From a virus (taxonomy: Duplodnaviria > Heunggongvirae > Uroviricota > Caudoviricetes), in the IMG/VR virus record IMGVR_UViG_3300048813_000140, positions 50,702-114,701 of that record: a DNA stretch of 64,000 bases. One strand, written 5' to 3'. The notes beneath the pieces are model-generated. The model was not told the DNA's origin and did not search any database. It saw nothing but the letters and a program-made list of their open reading frames with translations. Positions 1 to 8,790 of the stretch are shown here, in pieces. A program made the translations under genes and the position numbers. Position 1 is the stretch's first letter. The number at the start of each line of letters is the position of its first letter.

Positions 1-119
1 AAAGTAATGCGTTTAAAAAATCATTTTTTTGGATCGCGATTACTAATAGGGGAGTGGGTAAATTATTGTATTGTATAATCTATTAATAGAAAATCATTTT
101 TTTGGTGTATCATAATAGA

Positions 120-333
120 ACGTATGTAGTTTTTACATTGTTTATAAGTTCTACAATTGACTCAACTTATTGACTTCATTCTAATATAACCAAAATAAAG
201 CGTTGTATGACCATTAATTTGACATACGTATTAGAATGAGATCAAATAGAATTGAGGTGTTATCCTATTTAGTTTAGGTATACGCATTGCAATGATAGTC
301 TATATCGAAACTAACTAACGAAAGGGTTTTAAA
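120..333 (+). promoter_or_regulatory. Upstream cassette A ending in a sigma-54-like -24/-12 element (aGGtat-N5-TTGCA at 276-291)
   Basis: GG at 277-278 and GC at 289-290, the exact sigma-54 spacing. It shares the CAATAGAAT and AGTTCTACA blocks with six other cassettes. The ATG is at 334. Confidence 0.45.
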
Positions 334-1035
334 ATGAATACGATTAGACGTGACAAAAATGGTCGCCGTAGTTTTAAAGGCAAAACAACTAATAGTCCAG
401 GCAAGTCTCAAAACGAGGCATTCTATGACGCAGTTTTCTACGTCCATCTATACGCCTATCTTAAAGCTAACAAAAACGCAACGGCTCACATCTTAGTTGG
501 AGACGTATCAGGATTAGACAGACATATTGGCAGACTCCTTGCACTAGGCTTTTTAATTCAAAACATTTATATACACGAATTAGTTGACGAGTTAGCAGAT
601 AGTCTAAAACTCGCATGTCTCAAAAGGGGATATAAGTGTAAAGTTGAGACAGGTTGCATGATCTCAAAATTAGACAAATTTGGCATGGCTGGCATGAATA
701 TTGCATACGTAGAATTTGATGGTACGTCCAGTTATGGACGTTTTGAGTTTAAATTGTTTCAATTATGTAAAATATACAATATTCCATTTATTTTGACTGA
801 AGGCGCCTCACGCTATCAAGACGTTAACTTTAAGTCGTGGTGTCAATCCAATGGCATTAAAAAGACCATTGACGAAAGGCATGCATACGAAAACAGAGCG
901 CCTAGATATGAATTGGAACGTATAGCCCCAATAGTGGCTCAAAAAGAGATGAAAGGCTATGTATCTCATTACGAGACATATCAAGGCGTTAGTGGAATGT
1001 ATACTCAAGCATTTATAAATAAAAGGTATATCTAA
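334..1035 (+). CDS. hypothetical protein (233 aa)
   Basis: Long ORF directly downstream of cassette A. RBS aaaggg-N7-ATG. Contains the recurring in-frame SQNE and YET peptides. Confidence 0.6.
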   Translation: MNTIRRDKNGRRSFKGKTTNSPGKSQNEAFYDAVFYVHLYAYLKANKNATAHILVGDVSGLDRHIGRLLALGFLIQNIYIHELVDELADSLKLACLKRGYKCKVETGCMISKLDKFGMAGMNIAYVEFDGTSSYGRFEFKLFQLCKIYNIPFILTEGASRYQDVNFKSWCQSNGIKKTIDERHAYENRAPRYELERIAPIVAQKEMKGYVSHYETYQGVSGMYTQAFINKRYI

Positions 1036-1208
1036 TGAAAAAATCTGAACTAATTGAAAAAATCATTGAGGCGAGACTTAAAACCATGTCCTTAAAACAA
1101 TTGCAAGACCTATATCGCAAAAACTTTAGAGACATATATCAAGACTATGACTTATTGAGTCTAGAATTGGAGTATAAGAGACTAACTGAAAAAAGACTGG
1201 ATAACTGA
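1035..1208 (+). CDS. small hypothetical protein (57 aa)
   Basis: ATG overlaps the upstream stop (TAATG). Not in the ORF track because it is under 60 aa. The frame was checked by hand. Confidence 0.35.
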   Translation: MKKSELIEKIIEARLKTMSLKQLQDLYRKNFRDIYQDYDLLSLELEYKRLTEKRLDN

Positions 1209-1424
1209 CTAAGATTTTGACATTGGATAACAGTTCTACATAGTTGCCTAACTTATTGTAAACACTTGTAAAATATTGTAAAATGGTGATTAGTTGTTTA
1301 TAAGTTTTACACTGTATTGGTTTGAGACTCAATAGAATCGCGGTGTTATCCTATTGGTTTTGTGGCATATGCGTTGCATTGATATACTGTATCAAGACGT
1401 TAACAACTAACTAAGGGGATACCA
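1205..1424 (+). promoter_or_regulatory. Upstream cassette B with a sigma-54-like -24/-12 element (TGGCAT-atgcg-TTGCA at 1363-1378)
   Basis: Close match to TGGCAC-N5-TTGCA. Upstream TTGACATTGGATA...AGTTCTACA block and CAATAGAATCG block are present. A conserved leader (GATATACTGTATCAAGACGTTAACA) follows. RBS AAGGGGA. Confidence 0.55.
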
Positions 1425-1598
1425 TGCAACGCAAAACGCTAACTATAAATAATCTCACTTTCGATCTAGTGATTCATTCTATTGACGGCGAAGTCTCAGA
1501 AGTATACGCGTCTCATAATGGGATGGAAATTGCCTTCGCGTATGATCTTGAGTCAATAGACGACAAGTTAACTGAATTCGTTTCGAACTGGTCTTAAT
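1425..1598 (+). CDS. small hypothetical protein (57 aa)
   Basis: ATG follows an AAGGGGATACC RBS downstream of cassette B. The frame was translated by hand. Confidence 0.45.
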
Positions 1599-1673
1599 TT
1601 GATACAGTGGCGAGCGTCTCTGGATGGGACGTTCTCTAATGTACCAAAACAATACGTAACAAAGGGGGATTCT

Positions 1674-2033
1674 ATGTTTAGGGCTATCAATGGCTGGACT
1701 AAAGCTAGCATAATCGCGCACTTGACTCAAAATTGGAGAGGGAATAGTTTTACGGTCAAAGGGGGCAAGTTCTCATGTCGATACAGAGGTCCTGATAGCA
1801 AAAAATGTGCCGTTGGCATGTTTATACCTGATAGCCTATATGAGGCTAGTTTTGAGACGCTTCCCGTTAACAGAATTATAGGTCCTAACTGTACTGCGTT
1901 AGCGCTTGCAATGCCTCTCGAAACATATGCTTTGTCAATTTTGCAAGGAATACACGACTATCATGCCTCAGAATGGAACAGTGATGCGTTGCCCTTTTTG
2001 ATTCAATGGGTTGAAAAAAACGTGGAGGCGTAA
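1674..2033 (+). CDS. hypothetical protein (119 aa; the ORF-track frame begins at 1599)
   Basis: The internal ATG at 1674 has a strong AAGGGGGAT RBS. There is no RBS at 1599. Contains the SFET peptide. Confidence 0.55.
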   Translation: MFRAINGWTKASIIAHLTQNWRGNSFTVKGGKFSCRYRGPDSKKCAVGMFIPDSLYEASFETLPVNRIIGPNCTALALAMPLETYALSILQGIHDYHASEWNSDALPFLIQWVEKNVEA

Positions 2034-2034
2034 A

Positions 2035-2190
2035 ATGTGCCAAAATGATACATTGCAGTTGGGGCCTTTCAAGTATATAGTATTGCAACGCGTTGAATCA
2101 ATGGTCCTGTTAGGATGGAGAGATAGCATGTCCCATATTGAGAAAACGATGTGGGTCAATTTGAAACATTTACAAGGAGTATCAAAATGA
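2035..2190 (+). CDS. small hypothetical protein (51 aa)
   Basis: GGAGG RBS 6 nt before the ATG. The stop overlaps the next start (ATGA). Confidence 0.35.
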   Translation: MCQNDTLQLGPFKYIVLQRVESMVLLGWRDSMSHIEKTMWVNLKHLQGVSK

Positions 2191-2402
2191 TCAATCCCAA
2201 TAAGATACACAGTCGTGGTATTGTACGCTCTAAAGACCGATTTGGTGGCGGTACAATACAGATAGGTCCTAATATATTTGAAACGGCTTTAGGCGTTGAC
2301 CTGTCTCGTTTTGAGATTGGTGATGTGGTTTCAATTAGTTGTAGTTATCGCATTACTTCAGACCGATACGTTATTGACTCGGTTAGAAAGGTTAGGTCTT
2401 AA
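2187..2402 (+). CDS. hypothetical protein (71 aa)
   Basis: RBS plus start context CAAGGAGTATCAAAATG, a member of the recurring translation-initiation motif. The track used an upstream GTG. Confidence 0.5.
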   Translation: MINPNKIHSRGIVRSKDRFGGGTIQIGPNIFETALGVDLSRFEIGDVVSISCSYRITSDRYVIDSVRKVRS

Positions 2403-2627
2403 ATGGCGCGGTTAGCCGTTAGGAGAGACTATTGTAAAATATACAATATAATGGGGCGCTATTCGGACTTGTCCTATTGGATTGTAATGTATCATTCTGG
2501 GGCGTATGGTTTTGGATATATGGCCCAAGGCAGGTTTTGGTTGTCTCACGATGAGAAAGTGTCCCAAAATGAGATTGTTGACCTCATTGCGCGGCGCGAA
2601 TCTGAATTTGAGACAAGTGCCGACTAA
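2403..2627 (+). CDS. hypothetical protein (74 aa)
   Basis: The ORF abuts the upstream stop. Contains the SQNE and EFET peptides. Confidence 0.45.
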   Translation: MARLAVRRDYCKIYNIMGRYSDLSYWIVMYHSGAYGFGYMAQGRFWLSHDEKVSQNEIVDLIARRESEFETSAD

Positions 2628-2848
2628 GGTATTGACATTGTATAGTTGTTTTACATAGTTAGCTAACCTATTGTAAACAGTTGTAAAATGCTATAAAGTG
2701 CCATTTAATTGACCAATAGTTCGACAGTGTTTTGTTTTGATACTCAATAGAATCGCATGTTTAGGCCATTGATTTTATGGCACAACGCATGCAATAGACT
2801 AATACAGAGCGTTGCAATTAAGCGGCGCCTAACAAAAGGGGATTTAAT
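2628..2848 (+). promoter_or_regulatory. Upstream cassette C with a sigma-54-like -24/-12 element (TGGCAC-aacgc-ATGCA at 2778-2793)
   Basis: Exact GG-N10-GC spacing. TTGACATTGTATAG...TACATAG and CAATAGTTCGACA / CAATAGAATCG blocks lie upstream. The leader is ATAGACTAATACAGAGCG. RBS AAAGGGGAT. Confidence 0.55.
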
Positions 2849-3718
2849 ATGTCTTTAATTTTGAATTTGAATGGCCAACCTGTCTCAAAAACATCCTTTA
2901 CCCAAGACACAAAACATGACTCAAAAAGCGACAAATTTAAGGTCATCGTGCCGGAATATGGTCAAGAGTTGTTATCGGACTATGGTTATAAGCGTGTTTC
3001 ATTGCATACCGGTCGTGCGCGAAAATTGGAAAATGTCAATCACCAGACCACCATTGCAACGTATCAAAATGAGACTGCACTGAAAGTGGGCGACATTTTC
3101 CCGCGTATCACATTGAAAATTCCCCATATATATGGCGCAGTTGAGGCCTTTGCAGCGTTTTTGCGGTTAGCGTGTCTCAATGGCAACGCCTATCGCTTGA
3201 CCGATAGCGGTAAAACCAAAATTAGGCATACGGGCGATGCCCAGTCTCAATTTGAGGCAACTATTAAATTGCTGGTTGACCATACCGCCGAAATGAATGA
3301 CTCAATTCGGGAATTGCAAGCTCGTAACGTAACGCCCGATCAAGTAGCTGAATTCACTCAAGAAGTAGCTCGTCTCAGATTGGGATCTCTCCCAGGCGAC
3401 AAGGACTCAAACATCGTCTCAGTTCAATACGATGATCTTCTCAGAGTGAGACGTGCTGCTGACTCTGGACAAGACGCTTTCACAGTGTATCAAATTGAGC
3501 AGGAAAATGTTCTCAAATATGGCCTAAGATATATGACACGCTCAATTGACGAGGTAACAGGCCGTACCAATTTGAGACAGCTAGTTGCACGCCCTATTAC
3601 GAGAACAGCTCAGGGCGAAATTGAGACAGTGCGCAGTGTCGATATGAATGTCTCAATAATGGAATTAGCTCGTAAAATCCTATTAAATAAGTCGGTGCCT
3701 GTTAGTCAAGCAGCCTAA
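2849..3718 (+). CDS. hypothetical protein (289 aa)
   Basis: Long ORF with RBS AAAAGGGGA. Followed by a strong intrinsic terminator. Confidence 0.7.
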   Translation: MSLILNLNGQPVSKTSFTQDTKHDSKSDKFKVIVPEYGQELLSDYGYKRVSLHTGRARKLENVNHQTTIATYQNETALKVGDIFPRITLKIPHIYGAVEAFAAFLRLACLNGNAYRLTDSGKTKIRHTGDAQSQFEATIKLLVDHTAEMNDSIRELQARNVTPDQVAEFTQEVARLRLGSLPGDKDSNIVSVQYDDLLRVRRAADSGQDAFTVYQIEQENVLKYGLRYMTRSIDEVTGRTNLRQLVARPITRTAQGEIETVRSVDMNVSIMELARKILLNKSVPVSQAA

Positions 3719-3748
3719 CCGTATCGTTCTGATACGACCATAGTTTCG

Positions 3749-3778
3749 CCCTGTCTCGCAATGAGACGGGGCTTTTTT
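3749..3778 (+). terminator. Rho-independent terminator (CCCTGTCTC-gcaat-GAGACGGGG followed by TTTTTT)
   Basis: 9-bp GC-rich stem with one G:U pair, a 5-nt loop, and a T6 run immediately 3' of the stem. Confidence 0.7.
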
Positions 3779-3789
3779 GCGTTTTGTGG

Positions 3790-3900
3790 GCGCGTGCTAT
3801 CAATTGACTGGACTTATTGACTCAACGCCTTGACGGGCCTAACACGGGCCTGTATTGACCGACCTAACGCCTAGCTGTATTGACACAAAAACGTATTGTA
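3790..3900 (+). repeat. Iteron-like array: five (T)ATTGAC repeats interleaved with two CCTAACRC repeats
   Basis: attgactggac / ttattgactcaac / cttgacggg / tattgaccgac / tattgacac lie within about 100 bp. The word ATTGACTCAAC recurs in cassette A (163-173). Confidence 0.45.
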
Positions 3901-4119
3901 TTTTGTGGCACTGTATAAGGTTTTTGTTTCGCCTATAAGTTTTACAGCGTGTTATCCCATTGATTCTATTGCAATATAGCCAAAACCATTGAAAATAGTA
4001 CAATAGTTCGACACTGACTCAATATGCGACTCAATAGAATCAATGCGTTAGCCTATTGATTTTCGGCACGCTCTATGCATTGATATACTGTATCAAGACG
4101 TTAACAAAAAGGGGATAAC
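3880..4119 (+). promoter_or_regulatory. Upstream cassette D with a sigma-54-like -24/-12 element (CGGCAC-gctct-ATGCA at 4064-4079)
   Basis: GG at 4065-66 and GC at 4077-78. Two CAATAGTTCGACA / CAATAGAATC blocks lie upstream. The leader is identical to cassette B (GATATACTGTATCAAGACGTTAACA). Confidence 0.5.
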
Positions 4120-4323
4120 ATGGGAGCGCCGAAAAAAGTTGTATCAAGAGAAGAATATGTATCAAAATGGAACGCCCATTTGAGCCAAATGCTGTGGGTC
4201 AGTTTGGGACTGAATCAAAATGACACAGAGGACTATTTAAAGGCCATTGAGACATTGAGACATATCATAGACGTATCGGCCCAAGAACTGCCATCTCAAA
4301 ATGATACAGAGGAGTCGATATGA
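4120..4323 (+). CDS. hypothetical protein (67 aa)
   Basis: RBS AAAAAGGGGATAAC before the ATG. Contains two in-frame SQND / NQND peptides. Confidence 0.55.
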   Translation: MGAPKKVVSREEYVSKWNAHLSQMLWVSLGLNQNDTEDYLKAIETLRHIIDVSAQELPSQNDTEESI

Positions 4324-4404
4324 AAATCATATGGAACATGCTAGTGTTTTACAGTTTAGGCTATATGCTAGGCGTTTTAATAATTGCAAGTGGAGTATTA
4401 AAAT

Positions 4405-4558
4405 GAGACGCTATATTATTCTGTATCGTAATGCGTCAGGAGTCAAGCGTATCGAAATGATACGCGCATTGGATATAAATGACGCAACGTCTCAAGCTGA
4501 GAAATTCTGTTCCAAAATGGGTCGCACGTTATATGCGATAGATCGTGGATCGTTATGA
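4405..4558 (+). CDS. hypothetical protein (51 aa; the track extends the frame to 4301)
   Basis: The start context GTGGAGTATTAAAATGAGA matches the recurring translation-initiation motif. Confidence 0.35.
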
Positions 4559-4788
4559 GCCGTTTCATTATAAGACGTTATCGCTTTGGCTTTCGCATAG
4601 TTGAGGTAGTAGGACAAGGATCTCATTTTGGTACGCTGGCTATTCAATGGGATGGCCTGTTTCAAACTGAGAATAGAGCGGTATCTCATATCGAGACTGC
4701 TCTCAAAACTGAGCTATCGTATCAAAAAGGAGCGTATCATTATGAAAAAATTACAACTGGTAACGACTCAAAAAGAGACAATCGTTGA
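4555..4788 (+). CDS. hypothetical protein (77 aa)
   Basis: ATGA start/stop overlap. Contains the SHIET peptide. Overlaps the next gene in a different frame. Confidence 0.35.
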   Translation: MSRFIIRRYRFGFRIVEVVGQGSHFGTLAIQWDGLFQTENRAVSHIETALKTELSYQKGAYHYEKITTGNDSKRDNR

Positions 4789-4957
4789 ATATCATACTAA
4801 TACTATGGCCGTCGAGCGCCGCAAAAATGAGTTGTGCTCTAAGTTAGACATTGAATCGGTCGAGATAACAGATACAATACAGCACGTCGAAATAATTGAC
4901 ACGCCTAAAGCGACCATTGAAAAATATATTGATATAGAAGAGGAGGTCTCAAAATGA
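4742..4957 (+). CDS. hypothetical protein (71 aa; the track frame starts at 4628)
   Basis: AAAGGAG RBS 9 nt before the ATG at 4742. Confidence 0.4.
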   Translation: MKKLQLVTTQKETIVEYHTNTMAVERRKNELCSKLDIESVEITDTIQHVEIIDTPKATIEKYIDIEEEVSK

Positions 4958-5043
4958 TACTGTATGGGATTATCGGCACGTTTCTTGCAATATACCTAGC
5001 CTGTAGTTTTTACATGCTAGTCAAAAAACATGAGGAGTCTTAA
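4954..5043 (+). CDS. small hydrophobic peptide (29 aa, one TM helix)
   Basis: Start context GGAGGTCTCAAAATG. Hydrophobic core ILYGIIGTFLAIYLA. Under 60 aa, so not in the track. Confidence 0.3.
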   Translation: MILYGIIGTFLAIYLACSFYMLVKKHEES

Positions 5044-5044
5044 A

Positions 5045-5245
5045 ATGGGACTGGACGAAATTAAAGGCACCGCGTTTTATAAGTGGGCGTGTTTACAGAA
5101 TCCAGAGACACTATTCTATCATTTAATTGAGTGTCTTAAACAAGGCGGCGCTAACAATATTGTATGGGACTTGTTTACAGCGTTAGGTCTCAAGGCAGTG
5201 CACGCCGAGTCAATCATGGTTATGGTACGATTTTTGCAACAATAA
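5045..5245 (+). CDS. hypothetical protein (66 aa; the track lists 5030)
   Basis: Start context GAGGAGTCTTAAAATGGGA. Confidence 0.5.
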   Translation: MGLDEIKGTAFYKWACLQNPETLFYHLIECLKQGGANNIVWDLFTALGLKAVHAESIMVMVRFLQQ

Positions 5246-5434
5246 GAAAGTGAGACATTATGTATACTTGTGAATATAATGAAAAATTGAATGAATGGTC
5301 TATCTTTAGAGATAACGAAATATTTTGCCATTTATATGATACTGATTTTTGGATTTTTGTGTCAAAATGGCCCTGTGAAATAAAACAAATAAAATAAACC
5401 GTCCCATTATGGGACATAACAAGGGAGTATCAAA

Positions 5435-5899
5435 ATGGGATATACGCACTATTGGACTTTCAAAAAGGCACCGCGAGGCACTGCGGCTCAAACTGAGAAA
5501 GTGTACCAAAAAGCGATTAAAGAGTGTACCAAAGTGATACGTGACTATTCTGAGACATTTGGTGGCTTGTCGGGCTATTCGGCTCATTCTGATACATATG
5601 GTGGCGTGCTAGTCAATGGCTCAGAACGAGTCGGTCAATGCGAGCCGTTAGTCTTGAGGGAGCATTTTTCTCAAAATGAGGCATTTAATTTTTGCAAAAC
5701 GGGACAGTATCCCTATGATACAGTGGTCACAGCATGCCTTATCATTTTGAAACATCGGCTCGGTTCTTGCATTGACGTAACGTCTGACGGGCGTGCCGAT
5801 AATTGGAACGACGGTCTCATTTTGGTACAAAAGGTATTGGGTCTCAAAAAGGTACAGATTCCCGATACGATACGCAAAAATGAGAAAATCTCAGCTTGA
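5435..5899 (+). CDS. hypothetical protein (154 aa)
   Basis: Start context GGGAGTATCAAAATGGGA. Contains the SQNE and SETF peptides. Confidence 0.6.
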   Translation: MGYTHYWTFKKAPRGTAAQTEKVYQKAIKECTKVIRDYSETFGGLSGYSAHSDTYGGVLVNGSERVGQCEPLVLREHFSQNEAFNFCKTGQYPYDTVVTACLIILKHRLGSCIDVTSDGRADNWNDGLILVQKVLGLKKVQIPDTIRKNEKISA

Positions 5900-5967
5900 T
5901 ACAGTTCGGTGGCATCCTATCGGTGCCACTCATAGTGTATCAATATGACACACTAAAACAAGGGAGT

Positions 5968-6642
5968 ATTATGGGAAATCTATTGACTCAAAATGGGAAA
6001 ATGAAGAAATCGTCTCAAAATGGGATTACCAATGTTAACTGGACTATTCCAGCCTTTCAGTCCAGTACAGGACTAAAGACTTGTCCTAACGCTGGACTAT
6101 GTTCTATAGGATGTTATGCTAGGAGCGGTGCCTATATGTTCTCTAATGTAAAAAGAGCGCACGAGGCAAAACTTGCATTGACTCAATCTGATACATTCGT
6201 TGGTCTAATAATTGCAGACATAGACTTGTGGCTCAAAAAGAGAAACACAAAGCATCTCAAAGTGAGAATCCACGATGCGGGCGATTTTTATAGTGTCTCA
6301 TATTTAGACAAGTGGGTAAAAATAATGAACCATTTTGAAACAGATAGCCGTGTCTCATTTTACGCCTATACTAAACAAGTCGAATTGTTTAAGACTTCTA
6401 AAGGTATCCCGTCGAATTTTACAGTTATTTTCAGTCAAGGCGGTAAACAAGACCATTTAATTGACATAACTAAAGACCGACACGCGCGCGTATTCCAGAC
6501 CATTGAAGCACTTGAGTCGGCAGGGTATCAAAATGGGACAGAAGACGATATGGTCGCAGCGTGCGGAAAATCAAATAAAATCGGCCTAGTGTTTCACCAC
6601 GCAAAATCATGGGAAAATACAGCATGGGACAAGGTGGCTTAA
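5968..6642 (+). CDS. hypothetical protein (224 aa)
   Basis: The ATG at 5968 follows an AGGGAG RBS. The track's 5896 is a TTG start. The N-terminal motif W-x-I-P...CPNAGLCSIGCYARSGAY faintly resembles phage Gp37/Gp68 family N-termini (low confidence). Confidence 0.55.
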   Translation: MMGNLLTQNGKMKKSSQNGITNVNWTIPAFQSSTGLKTCPNAGLCSIGCYARSGAYMFSNVKRAHEAKLALTQSDTFVGLIIADIDLWLKKRNTKHLKVRIHDAGDFYSVSYLDKWVKIMNHFETDSRVSFYAYTKQVELFKTSKGIPSNFTVIFSQGGKQDHLIDITKDRHARVFQTIEALESAGYQNGTEDDMVAACGKSNKIGLVFHHAKSWENTAWDKVA

Positions 6643-6643
6643 T

Positions 6644-6844
6644 ATGGGACGTACCGATTTACTACGACTCAATGAATGCGCTCAATATTTGATTGACTCA
6701 GAACGAGACGATTTTTACGAATATGTCTTTAATGGAGAAGATCCTATAAATCATGTATTTTCGGTGGCCTATATAGCGTTGCATGGGGAGTCTGATTTTG
6801 AAACGTTAGTCAAAAACCTAAAGGAGTCTCAAAATGGGATCTGA
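6644..6844 (+). CDS. hypothetical protein (66 aa)
   Basis: Its C-terminal codons K-E-S-Q-N-G-I are the RBS plus start of the next gene. Confidence 0.5.
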   Translation: MGRTDLLRLNECAQYLIDSERDDFYEYVFNGEDPINHVFSVAYIALHGESDFETLVKNLKESQNGI

Positions 6845-7142
6845 TTCTATTTTCTTTAAAGTAAAGGGTAAAGCAAGTAAAGACGAAATTAATAAGGCAT
6901 TCAAGGCACGTCAAGAGTCCGATGCCGACGAAAATGGTCATAGACAAGGTTATAGCGGTGATTTTCAGACTGTACACAAAATAGACTTTAGATTGTATCA
7001 AACTGATACGTTCGAGTCTCTAAATGAGGCACAGGAATATTGTCTAAAGCATGCTGAAAAATTCCTAACCGTTATAGCCGTCTACTACAAGAACAAGGAT
7101 TCTCAAATTGATACACTCGTCGGTGGTTGGGGAGCGTGCTAG
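6834..7142 (+). CDS. hypothetical protein (102 aa)
   Basis: Start context AAGGAGTCTCAAAATGGGA. Confidence 0.5.
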   Translation: MGSDSIFFKVKGKASKDEINKAFKARQESDADENGHRQGYSGDFQTVHKIDFRLYQTDTFESLNEAQEYCLKHAEKFLTVIAVYYKNKDSQIDTLVGGWGAC

Positions 7143-7143
7143 A

Positions 7144-7311
7144 ATGGAACAGTATCAAATTGAGACCTATTGGTTTGGGCATGTTGTTTGCATGCGTAGA
7201 AATGGAATAGCCGTCTCAAAAGCGTACAAGACTCATAATGAGGCACAGCAGTATATTCTCAAACTGAGATTGTTAAGGAAATATAAACCGTCTCGATTTG
7301 AGACCAAATAG
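7144..7311 (+). CDS. hypothetical protein (55 aa; the track frame starts at 7108)
   Basis: The ATG follows GGGGAG. Contains the IETY and RFET peptides. Confidence 0.4.
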   Translation: MEQYQIETYWFGHVVCMRRNGIAVSKAYKTHNEAQQYILKLRLLRKYKPSRFETK

Positions 7312-7320
7312 GAGACCAAT

Positions 7321-7482
7321 ATGGAACGTATCGAATTGGATCAAGACGATTTTTGTCCTAATTGTTTGAGTGACAATATATCAAATGGAGACGACTCAAA
7401 TGAATACGGTGACATGCAATTAATATGCCATAATTGTAGCTATCAATGGGAAGTGCCTCAGAATGAGGCGTATAATGAATAG
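7321..7482 (+). CDS. small zinc-ribbon protein (53 aa; CPNC...CHNC)
   Basis: RBS TAGGAGACCAATATG. Two CxxC pairs. Confidence 0.4.
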   Translation: MERIELDQDDFCPNCLSDNISNGDDSNEYGDMQLICHNCSYQWEVPQNEAYNE

Positions 7483-7666
7483 ACATAAGTCTGGCACCAA
7501 AAGTGCATGCTTCAAACGTCTCAAAGTGGGACAGTATATTTATGATACATGGTATGGATCTGGCACAGTTATTGCTAAGAAAAAGACTCGCTGTATCATT
7601 AAGATACATTCTCAATCTGAGGCATGGACCTATGATATGTCTCATATTAGGATGTTTATTGAATAG
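7463..7666 (+). CDS. hypothetical protein (67 aa)
   Basis: ORF-track entry, overlapping the preceding gene. Confidence 0.3.
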   Translation: MRRIMNRHKSGTKSACFKRLKVGQYIYDTWYGSGTVIAKKKTRCIIKIHSQSEAWTYDMSHIRMFIE

Positions 7667-7789
7667 ATAGGTGAATAGGTAAAGCGTCCCATTTTGGGAT
7701 ACTTAGCATGGTATTGAATAGACTAGCGAATAGATAAAAAGTCTCAAATAGAGACAGAAATGGGGATACATTGAAAAATCTAATACTAA

Positions 7790-8060
7790 AGCATGGGGAT
7801 AACGTCAAGGCGTTACGAGACGTTAGCACGTCTTTAGGGGCGTTAACACGCGGCGCGACCTATCGCGTTGACTCCCTTGATAACGGGGCGTTAGTTGTTT
7901 TTACGTCGACCGGACCTATAGAACTAGTCGACTCGACGGGCGAAATAACCGATGCATGCCTTGACGTTAGGCGGTTAGCGCTTAGTGTCGCACTGCCTTT
8001 AGGCGCGTGCCCTATTTTTGACACGACTCGACGGCTAGGCTAGGCCGTTAGGACTTTAAA
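7790..8060 (+). repeat. Array of about 10 (G)CGTTAG / CGTTAAC / CGTTAGG repeats in a locally GC-rich stretch
   Basis: ggcgttacgagacgttagcacg, gggcgttaacacg, ggggcgttagttg, gacgttaggcggttagcgcttag, ggccgttaggac. The overlapping ORF 7771-8043 would need a TTG start. Confidence 0.4.
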
Positions 8061-8544
8061 ATAAATGCGACGTTATAAGCATAGATAAACTATAGACTTA
8101 TAGCGTTGTCTCAGCTTGAGAGTTTTTCTCATTTTGGGATTTTCAACCCTGTACTAGGCGCGTGCGATATAACGTATTTTTTACATTCATTGAATGGCGG
8201 ACCTATTAGAGCGTCAAGAGGCCATTCAATGTTAATATTCTATAATTGATTGATCCGTTTTGGTACGCCCTAATTTAGGACATATCGTTTTAAACGCGAT
8301 TAGAGAGGCAAGCGTAAAGCATTGATTTTATTGAGGATTCTCATACTGGGAGTATGCACATTCAATGCCAATATGTGCTGTCTCAATCTGGGATTTCGGG
8401 GTTGGCATTATACGTGCAAGCATTTTGATTTTGGCACCAAAAGTGCATATATGCACAATTCGTGCCATCCCATAGTGGGATTCTCAAAAATGAACGTCTC
8501 ATTCAGGGATTGTCTCATTTTGGGTCGAAAAATGGAGGATTTTT

Positions 8545-8790
8545 ATGGATAGGATTCAAAAAACATACTATGTTCTAGTCTATAGCAATAGAGAGAGCGC
8601 ATATGCTAGCCCTAATGAGGTAGGGCTATTATGTGGCATTGACGAGTCAAGTGGTGGTTATCCTTATGGCACCGATAAGCTGGGAAGTGCCTACATTTGG
8701 GACAACATGTCCGCACCAAAAAGATATATAGAACAATTCCCGTTCTTAGACTTAGCTATCTTGAATGTTAGGCTAGAGATATCAGATTAG
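8545..8790 (+). CDS. hypothetical protein (81 aa)
   Basis: RBS AAATGGAGGATTTTTATG. Confidence 0.45.
   Translation: MDRIQKTYYVLVYSNRESAYASPNEVGLLCGIDESSGGYPYGTDKLGSAYIWDNMSAPKRYIEQFPFLDLAILNVRLEISD

Noticed and set aside
1205-2660. Reading the conserved distal cassette block TTGACAYTG..TACATAG as a plain sigma-70 promoter
   Set aside because: TTGACA is a good -35, but no acceptable -10 hexamer lies at 16-18 nt (ATAGTT / TACATA). The block is better explained as an upstream activator or phage-factor site for the downstream -24/-12 element. It cannot be excluded without TSS data.
5896-5967. Upstream extensions of several track ORFs (5896 TTG, 2151 GTG, 19970 GTG, 1599, 4301, 9386, 25070, 35026, 35408)
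   Set aside because: In each case an internal ATG with a strong AAGGAG or AAGGGG-type RBS or ATGA coupling gives a better start. The extensions lack an RBS or overlap the upstream gene out of context.
7771-8043. 90-aa ORF over the CGTTAG repeat island
   Set aside because: It requires a TTG start (the only ATG nearby hits a stop after 4 codons). The region is dominated by direct repeats and is locally GC-rich. Treated as probably non-coding, with low certainty.
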